A DNA stretch of 64,000 nucleotides from NCBI GenBank assembly GCA_022764465.1, contig JALERL010000060.1:36645-100644 (forward strand), written 5' to 3'. Positions 50,830-62,333 of this stretch are shown here, one piece after another. The stretch comes from Lachnospiraceae bacterium (GTDB lineage: Bacteria; Bacillota; Clostridia; Lachnospirales; Lachnospiraceae). The notes beneath the pieces were generated by a model. The model was given only the letters and a program-made list of their open reading frames with translations. It was not told where the DNA came from and did not search any database. Position numbers and translations under genes: made by a program. The first letter of the stretch is position 1. The number at the start of each line of letters is the position of its first letter.

Positions 50830-51759
50830 TTAATCCTCCTTTGTATCCAGTAACTTGAACTGGATCAGTGAAACGATCAGGATAATGAAGAACAAGGTGT
50901 ATGCGATTGCTGATGCATAACCAACCTGATGTGTTTCAAATCCGAATTTGTACAGATACATAACTGCTGTCTGAAGAGTTCCCGCAGGATCTCCTGCCGT
51001 AGATGCTCCGGCTGTACCATTGATCAGGAATGGAAGATCGAATAACTGTAATCCACCGATCAGTGATGTAATGAATACGTAAAGCAGAATCGGCTTTAAC
51101 AGTGGAAGTGTGATCTTGAAAAATACTTTCCATCTTCCGGCACCGTCGATTGCGGCTGCTTCATAGTAATCCTTCGGAATACCCTGAACGCCTGCCATTA
51201 AGACGATAAAGGAATTACCAAACCACATCCACGCACCAAGTAATGCTACGATCATTGGTGCAGTTGTCGTCTGACCAAGCCAGTTAATTGGTGTTTTTGT
51301 CAGTCCCATTGCAACGAGGATCTGGTTAAATGTACCGTATTTCCAATCTAATAATGTCTTAAACAGGAATGCTACGGATGTACATGCGATCAGGTTCGGC
51401 AGATAGTAGATTGCACGGAAAACTGCAAGTCCGCGCATCTTATACTTAATATCACTGAATACGATCGTAAGTAAAAATGCCAGTCCAAGCTGTACAATGA
51501 TGTTCACACCCCAGATCTTAATCGTATTTCCCAGATCTCTCCAGAAAAACTTATCTGTCAGTACACGCTTGTAATTATCAATACCTGCCCAGACTGCATC
51601 ACCATATCCTTTGTAATTGGTAAAACTCAGATATAACGTCCGGAATACCGGATATACACTAAACACCAGAAAGACAATTACAAAAGGTAATACAAACAAA
51701 TAGGCTGTGTTATTCCTATCTCTCTTTTTTGGCTTCGCCATGACTTTATTTTTAGCCAT
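50830..51759 (-). CDS. Carbohydrate ABC permease (MalF-like)
   Basis: YEAAAIDGA and ITLPLLKP; start chosen from the GGAGG RBS. Confidence 0.93.
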   Translation of the reverse strand: MAKNKVMAKPKKRDRNNTAYLFVLPFVIVFLVFSVYPVFRTLYLSFTNYKGYGDAVWAGIDNYKRVLTDKFFWRDLGNTIKIWGVNIIVQLGLAFLLTIVFSDIKYKMRGLAVFRAIYYLPNLIACTSVAFLFKTLLDWKYGTFNQILVAMGLTKTPINWLGQTTTAPMIVALLGAWMWFGNSFIVLMAGVQGIPKDYYEAAAIDGAGRWKVFFKITLPLLKPILLYVFITSLIGGLQLFDLPFLINGTAGASTAGDPAGTLQTAVMYLYKFGFETHQVGYASAIAYTLFFIILIVSLIQFKLLDTKED

Positions 51760-51829
51760 TCTCATTACCTCCATCTTCTATTCCTTCCCGGTAAACCTTT
51801 TGCCCTTCCAAAAAGTTGTCAGGAAGAAC

Positions 51830-51854
51830 ATCAGGCAGACAGTGTCTGCCTGAT
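51830..51854 (-). terminator. Stem-loop after the SBP gene (mRNA stabiliser or partial terminator)
   Basis: ATCAGGCAGACA / TGTCTGCCTGAT. Confidence 0.6.
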
Positions 51855-51866
51855 TTCACTTCTTAA

Positions 51867-53285
51867 CTATCTATCGATCTCAATTTCAGGATAGGTAGAC
51901 TGTACAACATCGTAGAACTCGTTGACTGCATCTTCTTTGGACTTCTCACCAGTCTTAACTGCTGTGATTGCATTGCCCCATGCATCGCCGATTGCCTTGT
52001 CATATCTTGTAACCTTAGAGTAGTCGATACCTTCTGCCTGTTTTAACCAGAATGCGTATAACTTCTCATTGCCATATACCGGGTTCTCATCATCCTTGTG
52101 CTGCTCAAGTACGGACTTTAAGGAAACGGTATCGCCTTCAGACTTCTCGATCCACCAGTTTGCTGTATCCTCGTTTAATGTACAGAACTTGATGAAATCC
52201 CATGCTGCATCTTTTCTTTCAGACTGGGAAGAAATTCCGATGAATGTACCACCGCTCATACCATAAGCAGGTCCGGAACATACGCCCCATTTACCAGATG
52301 TATCACCTACGTTGTCTCTTAATGTAAGAACGCCCCATGCAGGAAGACCATAAGCGAATACCTGTGTCTTATCCATGTCTGCTGTTGCCTCTGCGAACTC
52401 TGTAGCATCCCATACGTTTACGGAATCATCAGCATAGTTCTGAATATCTGCGGAAAGGATTGGTACCTCGCCAGCCATTGCCTGATACCAAGGTGTTGAC
52501 CACTGGTTTGCATATGCTGTTAAATCGTTCTGATATAAGTCTACACAAAGATCCATGTAATCATATCTTGCCTGGTCTACATTTAACTTGCCATCAACAA
52601 CCCATGCTGAATCTCCTGAGAAGAAGTTCATCTCTGCATCAGATGCAAAGCAGCGGTATCCTTTGTCTTTTACCTTCTGAGCTGTATCTAATACAGTTGC
52701 ATAATCCTTGAATAACTTTCCGATCTCATCCGGATCATCTGTTCCGAATACATCCTGTGCGATATCTCTTCTATAGAAGATACCTGCCGGTGTGATCTGA
52801 TAAGAAATTGCTCTCTGGATTCCTTCGGAGTCCTGACCAACTTCCCAAACGTAATCTACGATCTGGTCTTTGTAATCCTGTGCATTGTATGGTGCCTGAT
52901 TCAGATCCTCAAAGTATCCTGCATCGTAGAAGTCCTCTAACATCTGAGGCTCACCAACGATGATATCCGGTTCTGTCTGTCCACCGTTTAATGCTGTCTG
53001 AACCTTTGTTACATAATCTGCTGGCTCGATAACAACTGTCTCAATGTCAACATTATTGTTCTCTTCCATGTACTTCTCTGCAAATGTCTCTAAGTCCTTT
53101 GCAAGTGTCCAGATAACTAATTTCTGCTTCTCACCGGAAGTATTGTTATCTGCTGTCTCTGTACCTGCGTTGGTACTGTTGTTGTTTGCTGCGCCCCCGT
53201 TTGTGTTGTTAGAGCTTCCACATGCTGTCATAGAAATTAACATAGTTCCTACGAGCATTGCTGAAACGATTTTTTTCAGTTTCAT
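51867..53285 (-). CDS. Carbohydrate ABC substrate-binding lipoprotein
   Basis: Lipobox MTAC; SBP family 1 motifs; highly-expressed codon style. Confidence 0.92.
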   Translation of the reverse strand: MKLKKIVSAMLVGTMLISMTACGSSNNTNGGAANNNSTNAGTETADNNTSGEKQKLVIWTLAKDLETFAEKYMEENNNVDIETVVIEPADYVTKVQTALNGGQTEPDIIVGEPQMLEDFYDAGYFEDLNQAPYNAQDYKDQIVDYVWEVGQDSEGIQRAISYQITPAGIFYRRDIAQDVFGTDDPDEIGKLFKDYATVLDTAQKVKDKGYRCFASDAEMNFFSGDSAWVVDGKLNVDQARYDYMDLCVDLYQNDLTAYANQWSTPWYQAMAGEVPILSADIQNYADDSVNVWDATEFAEATADMDKTQVFAYGLPAWGVLTLRDNVGDTSGKWGVCSGPAYGMSGGTFIGISSQSERKDAAWDFIKFCTLNEDTANWWIEKSEGDTVSLKSVLEQHKDDENPVYGNEKLYAFWLKQAEGIDYSKVTRYDKAIGDAWGNAITAVKTGEKSKEDAVNEFYDVVQSTYPEIEIDR

Positions 53286-53332
53286 AAAAACATCCTCCTT
53301 CTTACAACTCTCTGTTGTTTGTTGATGATTGA

Positions 53333-53395
53333 ATTATAGCAAGTCCCAGATTCATATATAATGTTCCAAATTTTAAAAAGGTGTTATTTTTTTAG
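53333..53395 (-). promoter_or_regulatory. SBP promoter with an upstream activator motif
   Basis: Extended -10 TGCTATAAT; motif CTAAAAAAATAACACCT ends 40 nt upstream of the -10. Confidence 0.55.
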
Positions 53396-53945
53396 TACCT
53401 GAAACTTCACATATGTGAATACAGCAAAAAGCCGCCCGGATGCATGGATATGCGTATACCGGTTGCGGAACTTGTCCCAGATTGCTAATTTGTCGGTGTC
53501 GTTTTCAGCTCTTTCTATTATTTATGTTCATTCGACATCTGGACACTTACGCCATGGCGTTCGCCTGTGACGCACATGTGATCTGTGCCGAGCCGTGTGG
53601 GAGTTACATGCCGTCCGATAGCAAAAGCGGGCGTGGAAAATACTCGTTCAAGCAGCACAAGGTACAACCTTCAAAAGTGTAAATAGCGCGTTTGGATTTT
53701 TCACGCCTGATAAACTCTGCTAGAGGCGGCATTTACTCCCACTAGGCGCAGAAACCGTGAACATGTGTGTCACAGTCGGACGCCATGGCGTAAGTGTGCA
53801 TCCGGCGAATGTACACAAAAATTGAGCTGAAATTCGACACCTGACAAATTTACGCAACTGATACAAAATGTTCCACAACCGGTATACGCATATCCCTACA
53901 TCCGGGCGGCTTTCTTCTAATTACGTGGTGTGAAGCTTCAGGTAC
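53395..53945. mobile_element. 551-bp non-coding fold-back (MITE/REPIN-like) element flanked by TA
   Basis: TA-GTACCTGAA...TTCAGGTAC-TA ends; about 15 nested complementary blocks along the whole length. Confidence 0.75.
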
Positions 53946-55276
53946 TAATAAACGACTGTTACGATGGAGCGTGCTTCGATCAGCAGTTCTGCCCCTTTTC
54001 CTTCCTCGCGGAGTGTGACAGGAATATCTTTTCCGGTCTTATTTAAAAGCACGGCTACGCGTGTTCCATCCGGATTGCAAAAAGCAGTTACCTCGATCTG
54101 ATCGGTGTACTTCGTGGTTCCGATACGGACTGCTCCTGGCTTGATATAGCGACTGAACTGTCCAATATAATAGTAGCTGAGCCGTTTTTCGTAGGTGTCA
54201 TTTTTTACATCACACATGATTGGTGCGGCGCAGAAGTTTCCGACATGGTTCGGGCCTCCCTTGTCATCTAAGATCAGATTCCAGTCGAAGGATGCCGTAA
54301 TTCCTGCATTCAGATTGCCTAAGATGTCGTGTGCGTACATCTCTGCCTTGTCGATCTCTCCGGAATCTGCGAAACGTGAATATTCCACACAGCCCTCTGT
54401 GAAAAAGACTTCCAGTTCCGGATACTGCTTTTGGATCAGCTCTGTTGCTTCAAAGTGATCTCCGGTATACCAGTGCAGTGCTGCTCCACGTACATACTTC
54501 CGTGTTTTTTCTGCTGCAAGCACTTCCTTTACTCTCTGATATGCCTCTTCCTTATTGTGATCCCAGATAAAGATCGCCACATCCGAAAGTCCTGCCTTTT
54601 CTAATTCCGGTCCGAGATAATCGCGCACAAACAGACTCTCTTCCTCAGATGTATAAACACAGGAATCCCAAGTCTGTACCGCAAGCGGCTCATTTTGTAC
54701 GGTCACATACCGGATCGGGATCTCTTCCTTCTGATATGCCTGGATGAACTTTACAAAATACTCTGCCCACATCTGGTAGTATTCTTTTTTCAGGGAACCG
54801 CCATGATTCATCTCTCCGTTGGTCTTCATAAATGCAGGCGGTGACCATGGAGCCATCATAAATTCCATCGGTTCGACTGCATGTGCCTGTGCACTCTTGA
54901 TAAATGGAAGAATCTCTGCTCGGTCGTGTGCAATATCAAAGCTGTCTAAGGTGGTATCACCCTCAGCCAGATAGTCATAATTGCCAAGTCCGAAGTCGCA
55001 GCTGTTCATGTGAATTCTGCCGAGCGTATAGCTTAATCCGTCTGCGGAAAAATATGCATTCTGCAATTCTTCCTGTTTTTCGCTGCTCATACCTGCATAA
55101 TTGTGTGCGGATGCTTCGGTAAATGCTCCGCCAAAGCCACGGAAGTGCTGATATTCTACTTCCGGATACAGATTCACAACATGCATGACATCCTCAGCCT
55201 TTGCGGTCGGAAACTCACGTTCCTGCCAGTACTGTTTCTTGTTCTCATTTGTGGTAATTACTTTGATTTTTTCCAT
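53945..55276 (-). CDS. Glycoside hydrolase family 30 (glucosylceramidase/beta-1,6-glucanase-like)
   Basis: GFGGAFTE, PWSPPAFMKTN, VQNEP, TEGC and GGPNHVGN; start moved to 55276. Confidence 0.92.
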   Translation of the reverse strand: MEKIKVITTNENKKQYWQEREFPTAKAEDVMHVVNLYPEVEYQHFRGFGGAFTEASAHNYAGMSSEKQEELQNAYFSADGLSYTLGRIHMNSCDFGLGNYDYLAEGDTTLDSFDIAHDRAEILPFIKSAQAHAVEPMEFMMAPWSPPAFMKTNGEMNHGGSLKKEYYQMWAEYFVKFIQAYQKEEIPIRYVTVQNEPLAVQTWDSCVYTSEEESLFVRDYLGPELEKAGLSDVAIFIWDHNKEEAYQRVKEVLAAEKTRKYVRGAALHWYTGDHFEATELIQKQYPELEVFFTEGCVEYSRFADSGEIDKAEMYAHDILGNLNAGITASFDWNLILDDKGGPNHVGNFCAAPIMCDVKNDTYEKRLSYYYIGQFSRYIKPGAVRIGTTKYTDQIEVTAFCNPDGTRVAVLLNKTGKDIPVTLREEGKGAELLIEARSIVTVVY

Positions 55277-55444
55277 TCCATCTTTCCTTTCTGTCAAAAC
55301 TATCTTTCCTATCAAAAATATTTGTTATTTCTTCCTATGACAATCTATCCAAAATCTGTATTTGCCCAAGTTGTCATATACAATTCTTAATAATACTTTT
55401 TGACATCCCTGTTCTCTTTTATAGATTAAAAAAGTAATATTCTC

Positions 55445-58400
55445 TTACTCCAAATTGATCTCGATCTTTGTCACACGTCCTGATCTTATATCCTCGGCGA
55501 TCTGACCGGATACTTTATCCAGGCTGGTTTCTGCACTGCTTCCATTCTGATATATGAAGTGCATATGTGTGATCTTGTAGTTACCCGGAATATAATCTCT
55601 GTGCGCCTGCATCAGATACTCTACCTCAGTTCCACCAAACAATGTCGCTGTTACGGTATCATCTTCCGTGATCAGGTAAGATGGAATTGCCGGTGCCGGT
55701 GCAAACGTAAGTGCACCATTTTCCATCGTAAGCACATGTCTGCCAAACATCATTAACTTCCACATGCTGATAAATTCAATCGTTGATCCGCTTAATCTTG
55801 CAACGAAGCCCTTGCCATGGTAGTTCTTGTTCGGATTCTTGCTGCTTGCAATGAAGGAAGAATTCTCATAGATACTTCTTCCATAGACCTTCGGATCTAA
55901 AAACGGTACTGCCGCATGGTGAAAGTCCGCAAAAAACTCTGCATACATGCCGCTTCTGAGCAGTTCTAACAGATACTTGTATTCCATATGAAGCCAGATG
56001 GATTCATTCTCTAACCAGCCCGGTGTAAAGGCTCTTGCTCTTCCAAGCTCATAGGAAGCATTCTCCAAGGATGCATTCACCTTATACATCGAAAGCTTGC
56101 TGTCATAGAGATCACTGTTTTTCACATGATCATAAAGTGCTTTCTTCTTCCCTGCGGTATTCGCAAGCTTTAAGTAACGCACCGGTCCTTCTAAGAAGTA
56201 CGGTACCATCTGTACCTTGAACTTCAATGGATGGATGCCTGACCCATCCTCTTCATACTCTGTGACATCATAGGTAAAATAGGTCGGACAGATATCTCCA
56301 CCGAACTGATATGCCTTTTCAATTCCATGAAGCACTACCTTCTGAAAGCCTTCTAAGATCTCAGCCAGACGTCCGGTTGCGATCTTCTCCTTTTCTCCGG
56401 AAATTCCTGCAAATGTCTGGTCACGGTAGGCTTCTTTTGCGTCATTGACCGCATTCCAGAATGCCAGTACTTCTCCATCTGCAGTGAGTACCTGTTTGTT
56501 TTGACCGGTGATCTCGTGCAGTTTTTCAAGCAGTTCCTTTACTTCCTTTGTAAACTGTACCTCTCCCGGATATTTTTTCAATGCACCGATCGTATAGGCA
56601 AGCATACGGCTTAACTCATATGTCTCAGACATGGAAGATCCAAGCATTCCCGGCATTCCGTTTAAGGCATCATACCAGCCCGGCTTTCCGCCTTCCATCT
56701 CAACACCCATTCCATAGGCATCTAAGGTTGCATACTTTACAGCACATAAGACAAGCAGCTTTTCAAACAGACTGACACGTAAGATATCTCCCTTGCCATA
56801 ATCCGCACGGACAAGCTTCTCCTCTGTGCTTCGCTTGCTTGCTTCGTCTAACGCATGATACTGGCGGATTCCCTGCGGTGTCTTCTCATAACGTCTGAAT
56901 CTGTGATTTACATTTACCTGTGAAAGGAAGTACGTATAATCTTCCTCATAGAGCATCTCACGCTCTTTTTCCGGATAAACCTCCAGATAATCCTCGATCA
57001 GATCGAGATTATAGGTCCAGTGATCACACCAGTATCCCTCACCGAAGTTTCCGTTTACCGTACTTTCTGCCTCATCAATGATCGATTCAAATAGCACCTT
57101 CGGATCTTCGTTTACCTTTTCTAACGTCTTATAGAGCGTTCCCGGTGTAAATGGCTTTGTAATCACCGCTTCTACTTCACTTCTGTGTGCAGCATCCATG
57201 GAGGCAAGCAGTGCCCCTGCCTTTGCAGCATCTACCTGATAGGTCAGTTTCTCCACTCCAAGCGGATTATAGCCGTCGAGCTGGATCAGGCTGTAGAATT
57301 CCTTGATATTTTCACGTGCCACAAATGGAGCAAAAAAGGTATCACATCTGCGGTTCTGGTTTACATCACGGAAATTGCCGTTACCCTGTGAATAGAATTC
57401 CGGCAGCATGGAGAAATAGTTGTAATCACGTTCGAGATCTCCATGTTTTCTGGAATAAACATAAAACACCTTATCTTTTCCCAGCTTCATCGGCAGTCCG
57501 CCACGTAATACATTGTCCATATAAGTATATTCGCAGTATGCATCGAATTCCGGTGAAGCAGTCTTTGTACAAATGCCCTTGCACAGATCTGCCACAAGCG
57601 CATCTGCCTCTTCTTTCTTCCGGTCAAAATACTTCCGGTCATGCTTCACGGCTAAAAACTCATCTAACAGTTCCTTGCTTTCTACCTGTCCGATCACCTC
57701 ATAGAACAGGATGCTTCCCTTTGCCGGAAGATTCTGTTCGATTCCGTAAAAGCTGCACGGGATCTGGTTCTGCGTGATCTGTGGTGATTGTAAAATTGCT
57801 GCAAGTCCTTCCTTTTTAAAGCGGACGGCATCCGCAAGCGAATTGTCATAAGAAAATACCAGTTCCGGATCTACTACCGGCTGTAACTTTGCACCGTTTG
57901 GCAGACAACCGATCGTAAAATTACCGCCTTCAATACTATGTACATCGGCAGAATCATCCATACTTGCACGTACACGGAAGTATGGTCTTCCCTCGTCGGC
58001 ATCCTCTACCTGCATCCATGCCTTTGCCGTCTGTGTCATATTTTTCATGCTGTCAAGTCCTACCCCGTAAGGGATTACCGCCGGCATACCGTCTAATACT
58101 TCTAAGTGAAGCGATTTATCTCCGGTATTGACGATCTCTACGCAGCGGACTAAAGCACCTAACTTTTCACCCGGAAGTGTATAGTAATTCACCGTAGTTG
58201 TAAGTTTCGTCTGCGGATTTTCTTCCCGGATCTGTAATCCATTCATGGAGATTGTCATCTCATGTGGAACTTCTTCGTCGGAAAAACACTCCAGATACGT
58301 TCCATCTACCCGTAAAAAGGTACGGAAACCGGTACGTTTTACATTCTGATATGCCATATGTGCCGGATAAAATTCCATGATCGCATGATCCTTATTATCC

Positions 58401-58546
58401 ACACCAAAGCTCACCACGCACTGTCCGCGGTTTACGTAATAGCACCAGATCGGGATTCCGTGTACCCCGGAAATACCAGGCAGAAAGCTTGCAAATGTTG
58501 ATTTTGTTCCATAATCTTTCATTGTAAAATTCTTCGTCTGTCTCAT
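55445..58546 (-). CDS. Large glycoside phosphorylase, GH161-like (beta-1,3-glucan phosphorylase)
   Basis: 1033 aa; [43 protein letters not shown] and [16 protein letters not shown]. Confidence 0.8.
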   Translation of the reverse strand: MRQTKNFTMKDYGTKSTFASFLPGISGVHGIPIWCYYVNRGQCVVSFGVDNKDHAIMEFYPAHMAYQNVKRTGFRTFLRVDGTYLECFSDEEVPHEMTISMNGLQIREENPQTKLTTTVNYYTLPGEKLGALVRCVEIVNTGDKSLHLEVLDGMPAVIPYGVGLDSMKNMTQTAKAWMQVEDADEGRPYFRVRASMDDSADVHSIEGGNFTIGCLPNGAKLQPVVDPELVFSYDNSLADAVRFKKEGLAAILQSPQITQNQIPCSFYGIEQNLPAKGSILFYEVIGQVESKELLDEFLAVKHDRKYFDRKKEEADALVADLCKGICTKTASPEFDAYCEYTYMDNVLRGGLPMKLGKDKVFYVYSRKHGDLERDYNYFSMLPEFYSQGNGNFRDVNQNRRCDTFFAPFVARENIKEFYSLIQLDGYNPLGVEKLTYQVDAAKAGALLASMDAAHRSEVEAVITKPFTPGTLYKTLEKVNEDPKVLFESIIDEAESTVNGNFGEGYWCDHWTYNLDLIEDYLEVYPEKEREMLYEEDYTYFLSQVNVNHRFRRYEKTPQGIRQYHALDEASKRSTEEKLVRADYGKGDILRVSLFEKLLVLCAVKYATLDAYGMGVEMEGGKPGWYDALNGMPGMLGSSMSETYELSRMLAYTIGALKKYPGEVQFTKEVKELLEKLHEITGQNKQVLTADGEVLAFWNAVNDAKEAYRDQTFAGISGEKEKIATGRLAEILEGFQKVVLHGIEKAYQFGGDICPTYFTYDVTEYEEDGSGIHPLKFKVQMVPYFLEGPVRYLKLANTAGKKKALYDHVKNSDLYDSKLSMYKVNASLENASYELGRARAFTPGWLENESIWLHMEYKYLLELLRSGMYAEFFADFHHAAVPFLDPKVYGRSIYENSSFIASSKNPNKNYHGKGFVARLSGSTIEFISMWKLMMFGRHVLTMENGALTFAPAPAIPSYLITEDDTVTATLFGGTEVEYLMQAHRDYIPGNYKITHMHFIYQNGSSAETSLDKVSGQIAEDIRSGRVTKIEINLE

Positions 58547-60681
58547 CTCTTTTTCTCCCTTTTTCCCTTTCTTTCTCTTTTTTGCTTATTTTTCTTTTGT
58601 GGGATAATTTCCTCTGCGGTCAGCTTAAATCCTGCAACCGCCTGCTGCAGTTCTCCCATATTTTCCTCTAAGTGCTTTGCTTCTTCTTCTAAGGTTCCGG
58701 CCGATGCCATCTGCTGCTCTAAGGAGCTGCTGACCTCATTGGCAGACCGTACGGTATTCTCGGAAAACTCTCCGATCGCACGTACCGAAGATAACGCCGC
58801 CTTCCGTTCCTCATTCATCTTCTCTACTTCCTGTGTGACAGCCGTCATATCCTGTGTCAGTTCTTCCATAAACTGCTGGATTGCCCGGAAGGTATCTGAG
58901 GTATTTGCCACACTTTCTTCCTGAAGTCCTACGATACGCTCTGCCTCGGCTACCTGCTCGATCGAGACCTTCGAATACTCCTCGATCTCCTCGATGATCG
59001 CCTGTATCGACTGTGCGGTCTTTGCAGAACTGTCTGCAAGCTTACGGATCTCCTCTGCTACAACAGAAAATCCCTTGCCATTTTCACCTGCCCGCGCTGC
59101 CTCAATAGATGCATTTAAGGATAACAGATTGGTTTCTTCTGCAATCTCCTGGATGCTTTCTACAAAAGTAGCAATATCGCCCATCTTTTCGCCCAGACGT
59201 GTTACCTGCCGCTGTACTTCTCCGGTTGCCTGTGAGGTGTCACGCGACTGCTTCGTCATATCCTGCATGGCTCCGACACCGGTTGCGATCATCTGCTTCG
59301 AATCCTCGATCTGGGTAATTGTTCCTAAAATGCTCTCGCTTACTGCCTTGATCTGTACGGACAGTTCTTCCATCTGGTGATTGCAGCTTGCAATCTCCGT
59401 ATCCTCTTTTTCAATGTTGCTGCGGATCTCTTCCACCTGTGTTCCAACTTCCGTTACCAAATGGCTTACATTCTGGCTGGACCGGCTCACCTGCTCACCC
59501 GACTCGGTAACCTGCTCAATCATATGCTTTACCGCAAGCACCAGTTCCCGGATACGATTGACCGTATTACTGATCGCTCCATGCAGTTTTCCAAATTCTG
59601 CACCGTTTCGCATTGCAGAAGTATTGGAAACCTCAAGCAGTTCACCTTCCGATACCCGTTCCAGTCGTACCATGCTCTTTTTGATATTGCTTGTGATATT
59701 ACGGATAACGATCGTTCCGATCAACATAGCAATCACACATGCTGCAATTACCATGGCAACTGTCATATTTCCAATATCACGTGAACTCTGGGTGATCACT
59801 GCCTGCGGTACCAATACACTGATATAGCCATCTGTCACGGTACTCTTACAAATCATGAAATAGTATTTTTTTCCATCATAGTTCACATACCGGTAGCTGC
59901 TTTCTTCCCCGGAGTCCTTCGCCTCCTGATAAAAATCTGTATTTACTACCGAAATATCAGAGCCGCCATTTATCTCTACGCCTTCTGCTGTGATAAAGGA
60001 AACCTGCGCACCTTCGCCCAGATCCAGTTTGCCTAACAGTTCTTCCACTGCCTTTCTGCTAATGTCCATCACAACAACGGCCTTGCTGCCTCCGCTTGTG
60101 ATCAGCTTGCTGGAATACAGCACATACTCGTCTGATGCGATTTCCATCTGTTCATCAATATATGGATGCGATGTTCCCCAATGCACAAAGCTGTCGGAAA
60201 GCAAAGACGCATCCTCCGAATTTGTCATACCGTTAATAAAGCTCTCAATCGAATTTGCGCTGAGCCTTCTGCTGGTAACGACATCATCTCCTGCAACCGG
60301 AATGATCTCGATCCCATCTATCATGGTTCCTGCCGTTTCCTTGACATTGATCAGATTCCGGATGTTCTTTACTGCATTCGCCTTCTTCACGGAATCAGAA
60401 TCGTATCCTCCCAACGAATACGATGTGATCGTGGCATCCTGTGACAGTTCCGATACTGCGGATACAACCATCTGCATTTCTTCATCGAAGGATGTCATCG
60501 TCATCTCTAACGCCGTCCGTGAAGATGCTTCATAATTCTTCGTCAATCCTGCTGCCGCCTTCTGGTAGGAAATCATTCCAACTGCTATTACAAACAGGAT
60601 TGGAATCAGAAATCCTAAAATCAACTGAATACGGATTGACATTGTTCTTTTTTCTTTTGTATTCATTCTCTTTCTCTTCAT
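58543..60681 (-). CDS. Methyl-accepting chemotaxis protein with a Cache-like sensor domain
   Basis: Two TM helices, HAMP and [23 protein letters not shown]; stop overlaps the phosphorylase start (ATGA). Confidence 0.92.
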   Translation of the reverse strand: MKRKRMNTKEKRTMSIRIQLILGFLIPILFVIAVGMISYQKAAAGLTKNYEASSRTALEMTMTSFDEEMQMVVSAVSELSQDATITSYSLGGYDSDSVKKANAVKNIRNLINVKETAGTMIDGIEIIPVAGDDVVTSRRLSANSIESFINGMTNSEDASLLSDSFVHWGTSHPYIDEQMEIASDEYVLYSSKLITSGGSKAVVVMDISRKAVEELLGKLDLGEGAQVSFITAEGVEINGGSDISVVNTDFYQEAKDSGEESSYRYVNYDGKKYYFMICKSTVTDGYISVLVPQAVITQSSRDIGNMTVAMVIAACVIAMLIGTIVIRNITSNIKKSMVRLERVSEGELLEVSNTSAMRNGAEFGKLHGAISNTVNRIRELVLAVKHMIEQVTESGEQVSRSSQNVSHLVTEVGTQVEEIRSNIEKEDTEIASCNHQMEELSVQIKAVSESILGTITQIEDSKQMIATGVGAMQDMTKQSRDTSQATGEVQRQVTRLGEKMGDIATFVESIQEIAEETNLLSLNASIEAARAGENGKGFSVVAEEIRKLADSSAKTAQSIQAIIEEIEEYSKVSIEQVAEAERIVGLQEESVANTSDTFRAIQQFMEELTQDMTAVTQEVEKMNEERKAALSSVRAIGEFSENTVRSANEVSSSLEQQMASAGTLEEEAKHLEENMGELQQAVAGFKLTAEEIIPQKKNKQKRERKGKREKKR

Positions 60682-60701
60682 GTGCACCCCTCCTGATTTT
60701 T

Positions 60702-60764
60702 ATTGTATAAAAATCCTTTTTAGGAATTAAGGTGCTATTTATTAGATAGGTATCTTTTTTTTAG
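60702..60764 (-). promoter_or_regulatory. MCP-phosphorylase operon promoter with two copies of the activator motif
   Basis: -10 TACAAT; CTAAAAAAAAGATACCT and CTAATAAATAGCACCT upstream. Confidence 0.55.
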
Positions 60765-60809
60765 TTTTTAAGAAATAAAATGTGCGCTTACCACATACTC
60801 CTATACAGC

Positions 60810-60855
60810 AAAAAACCGGCAGCCACTGGACAACTGTCCTGTAACTGCCGGTTTT
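60810..60855 (-). terminator. Intrinsic terminator of the antiporter gene
   Basis: AAAACCGGCAG / CTGCCGGTTTT with a T6 tail on the minus strand. Confidence 0.75.
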
Positions 60856-60885
60856 CCGGTTCAGATATTCTGTTTTCTAAATGGT

Positions 60886-62070
60886 TTAGGCTGCTGCCTT
60901 ATCCTTCATAACAACCTTTAATAAGATCGGAGTGATCAGGGTTGTAACGATTACGACTAATACGATCGGGGCAAACAGTGTATCATCTAACATACCACAC
61001 TGATATCCCTTCTGGGCTACGATAAGTGCTACCTCACCTCGTGAGATCATACCAACACCAATCTGCAATGCTTCTTTATTCGTATATTTGCAAAGCTTTG
61101 CACCAAGTCCACAACCAATTACCTTCGTTAAGATTGCAACTAAAAGCAGAACAATCGAGAATACGATCAGCTTGGAATTCATTCCGCCAAGTGCTGTCTT
61201 GATACCGATGCTTGCAAAGAATACCGGTGAGAAGAACAGATAGGATGGTACTTCAATACGTTCCTTGATGTAATCCCCAACGTTCATAGAGCAAAGCATC
61301 AGACCTGCAAAATATGCACCTGTAATATCTGCGATTCCGAAGAACTCTTCAGACGCATAGGAAAGGATGAAGCAGAATGCGATCGCAATGATCGTAGTTC
61401 TTCTTCTCTGTCCTTCGTCCTCGATGAATTTCTTTGCCTTTGAAATAATGAAAGCAACAATACCGATAAATACGAAGTATAAAATAATCTTAACAAATAC
61501 AGTAACCGGATTTACGGTTGTATCCTGCAGGCTTGTTACGATTGTCAGAACAATGATACCTAAGATATCATCAATCACAGCAGCACCAAGGATCGTTGTA
61601 CCAACTTTTCCCTTTAATCTGCCAAGCTCACGCAGTGTCTCAACCGTAATACTTACGGAAGTTGCAGTTAATACAACACCAACAAAGACTGCCTTTAATA
61701 CTTCTAAATAATCGTTAAAGTCTGTATGGAAAAACAGAGCATAAGATAAGAATCCACCGAGTAACGGAACAATGACTCCGATCATTGCTGTTATAAAGGA
61801 TGGAAGCATATTGCTCTTTAATTCACTTAAATCTGTTTCAAGTCCTGCGGAGAACATCAGGAAAATAACACCGATTTCAGCAGTGATCTCTAAGTATGCT
61901 CCTGTTGTACCTGTCAGACTGATAAAGTTCAATACAGATGGTCCTAAGATGACACCTGCAACTAATGCTCCTACTACAGCCGGCATCTTAACCTTACGTG
62001 AAAACAGTCCAAGTACCTTAGTTGAAATCAAAATAATCGCCAAAAAAAGTAAAAATTCATAAGATTCCAT
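60886..62070 (-). CDS. Cation:proton antiporter (CPA2, NapA/GerN-like)
   Basis: MFSAGLET, ATSVSIT, AAVIDD and GMISRGEVAL motifs. Confidence 0.92.
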   Translation of the reverse strand: MESYEFLLFLAIILISTKVLGLFSRKVKMPAVVGALVAGVILGPSVLNFISLTGTTGAYLEITAEIGVIFLMFSAGLETDLSELKSNMLPSFITAMIGVIVPLLGGFLSYALFFHTDFNDYLEVLKAVFVGVVLTATSVSITVETLRELGRLKGKVGTTILGAAVIDDILGIIVLTIVTSLQDTTVNPVTVFVKIILYFVFIGIVAFIISKAKKFIEDEGQRRRTTIIAIAFCFILSYASEEFFGIADITGAYFAGLMLCSMNVGDYIKERIEVPSYLFFSPVFFASIGIKTALGGMNSKLIVFSIVLLLVAILTKVIGCGLGAKLCKYTNKEALQIGVGMISRGEVALIVAQKGYQCGMLDDTLFAPIVLVVIVTTLITPILLKVVMKDKAAA

Positions 62071-62333
62071 AAGATCGCCTCTACTTTCTTATATGTATCA
62101 TAATAGGAAGATATTTAATCCTGCATTATCTTACACCCGACTATTTCAAATAGCAACACATTTTTATTTTTTTGACGTTTTTTACCATTTTTATAAAAAT
62201 TTTATAATTTATATGGCACTTTTTTCTGTTTTTCCATTTTGTTTCGAAACATTCTTATAAAATACGCACATACCCGCTCTTTTTCCTTTATGAAATCCGG
62301 GTATCAAAAGATACTTTCAAATTTTATAATTAA

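Noticed and set aside
53440-53682. 80-aa ORF inside the fold-back element; viroid/Obelisk-like interpretation
   Set aside because: No RBS or recognisable motif. The element is chromosomal with TA flanks, and I see no ribozyme or evidence of circularity
62071-62330. c-di-AMP or Na+ riboswitch upstream of the antiporter
   Set aside because: Leader is very AT-rich and lacks recognisable aptamer motifs
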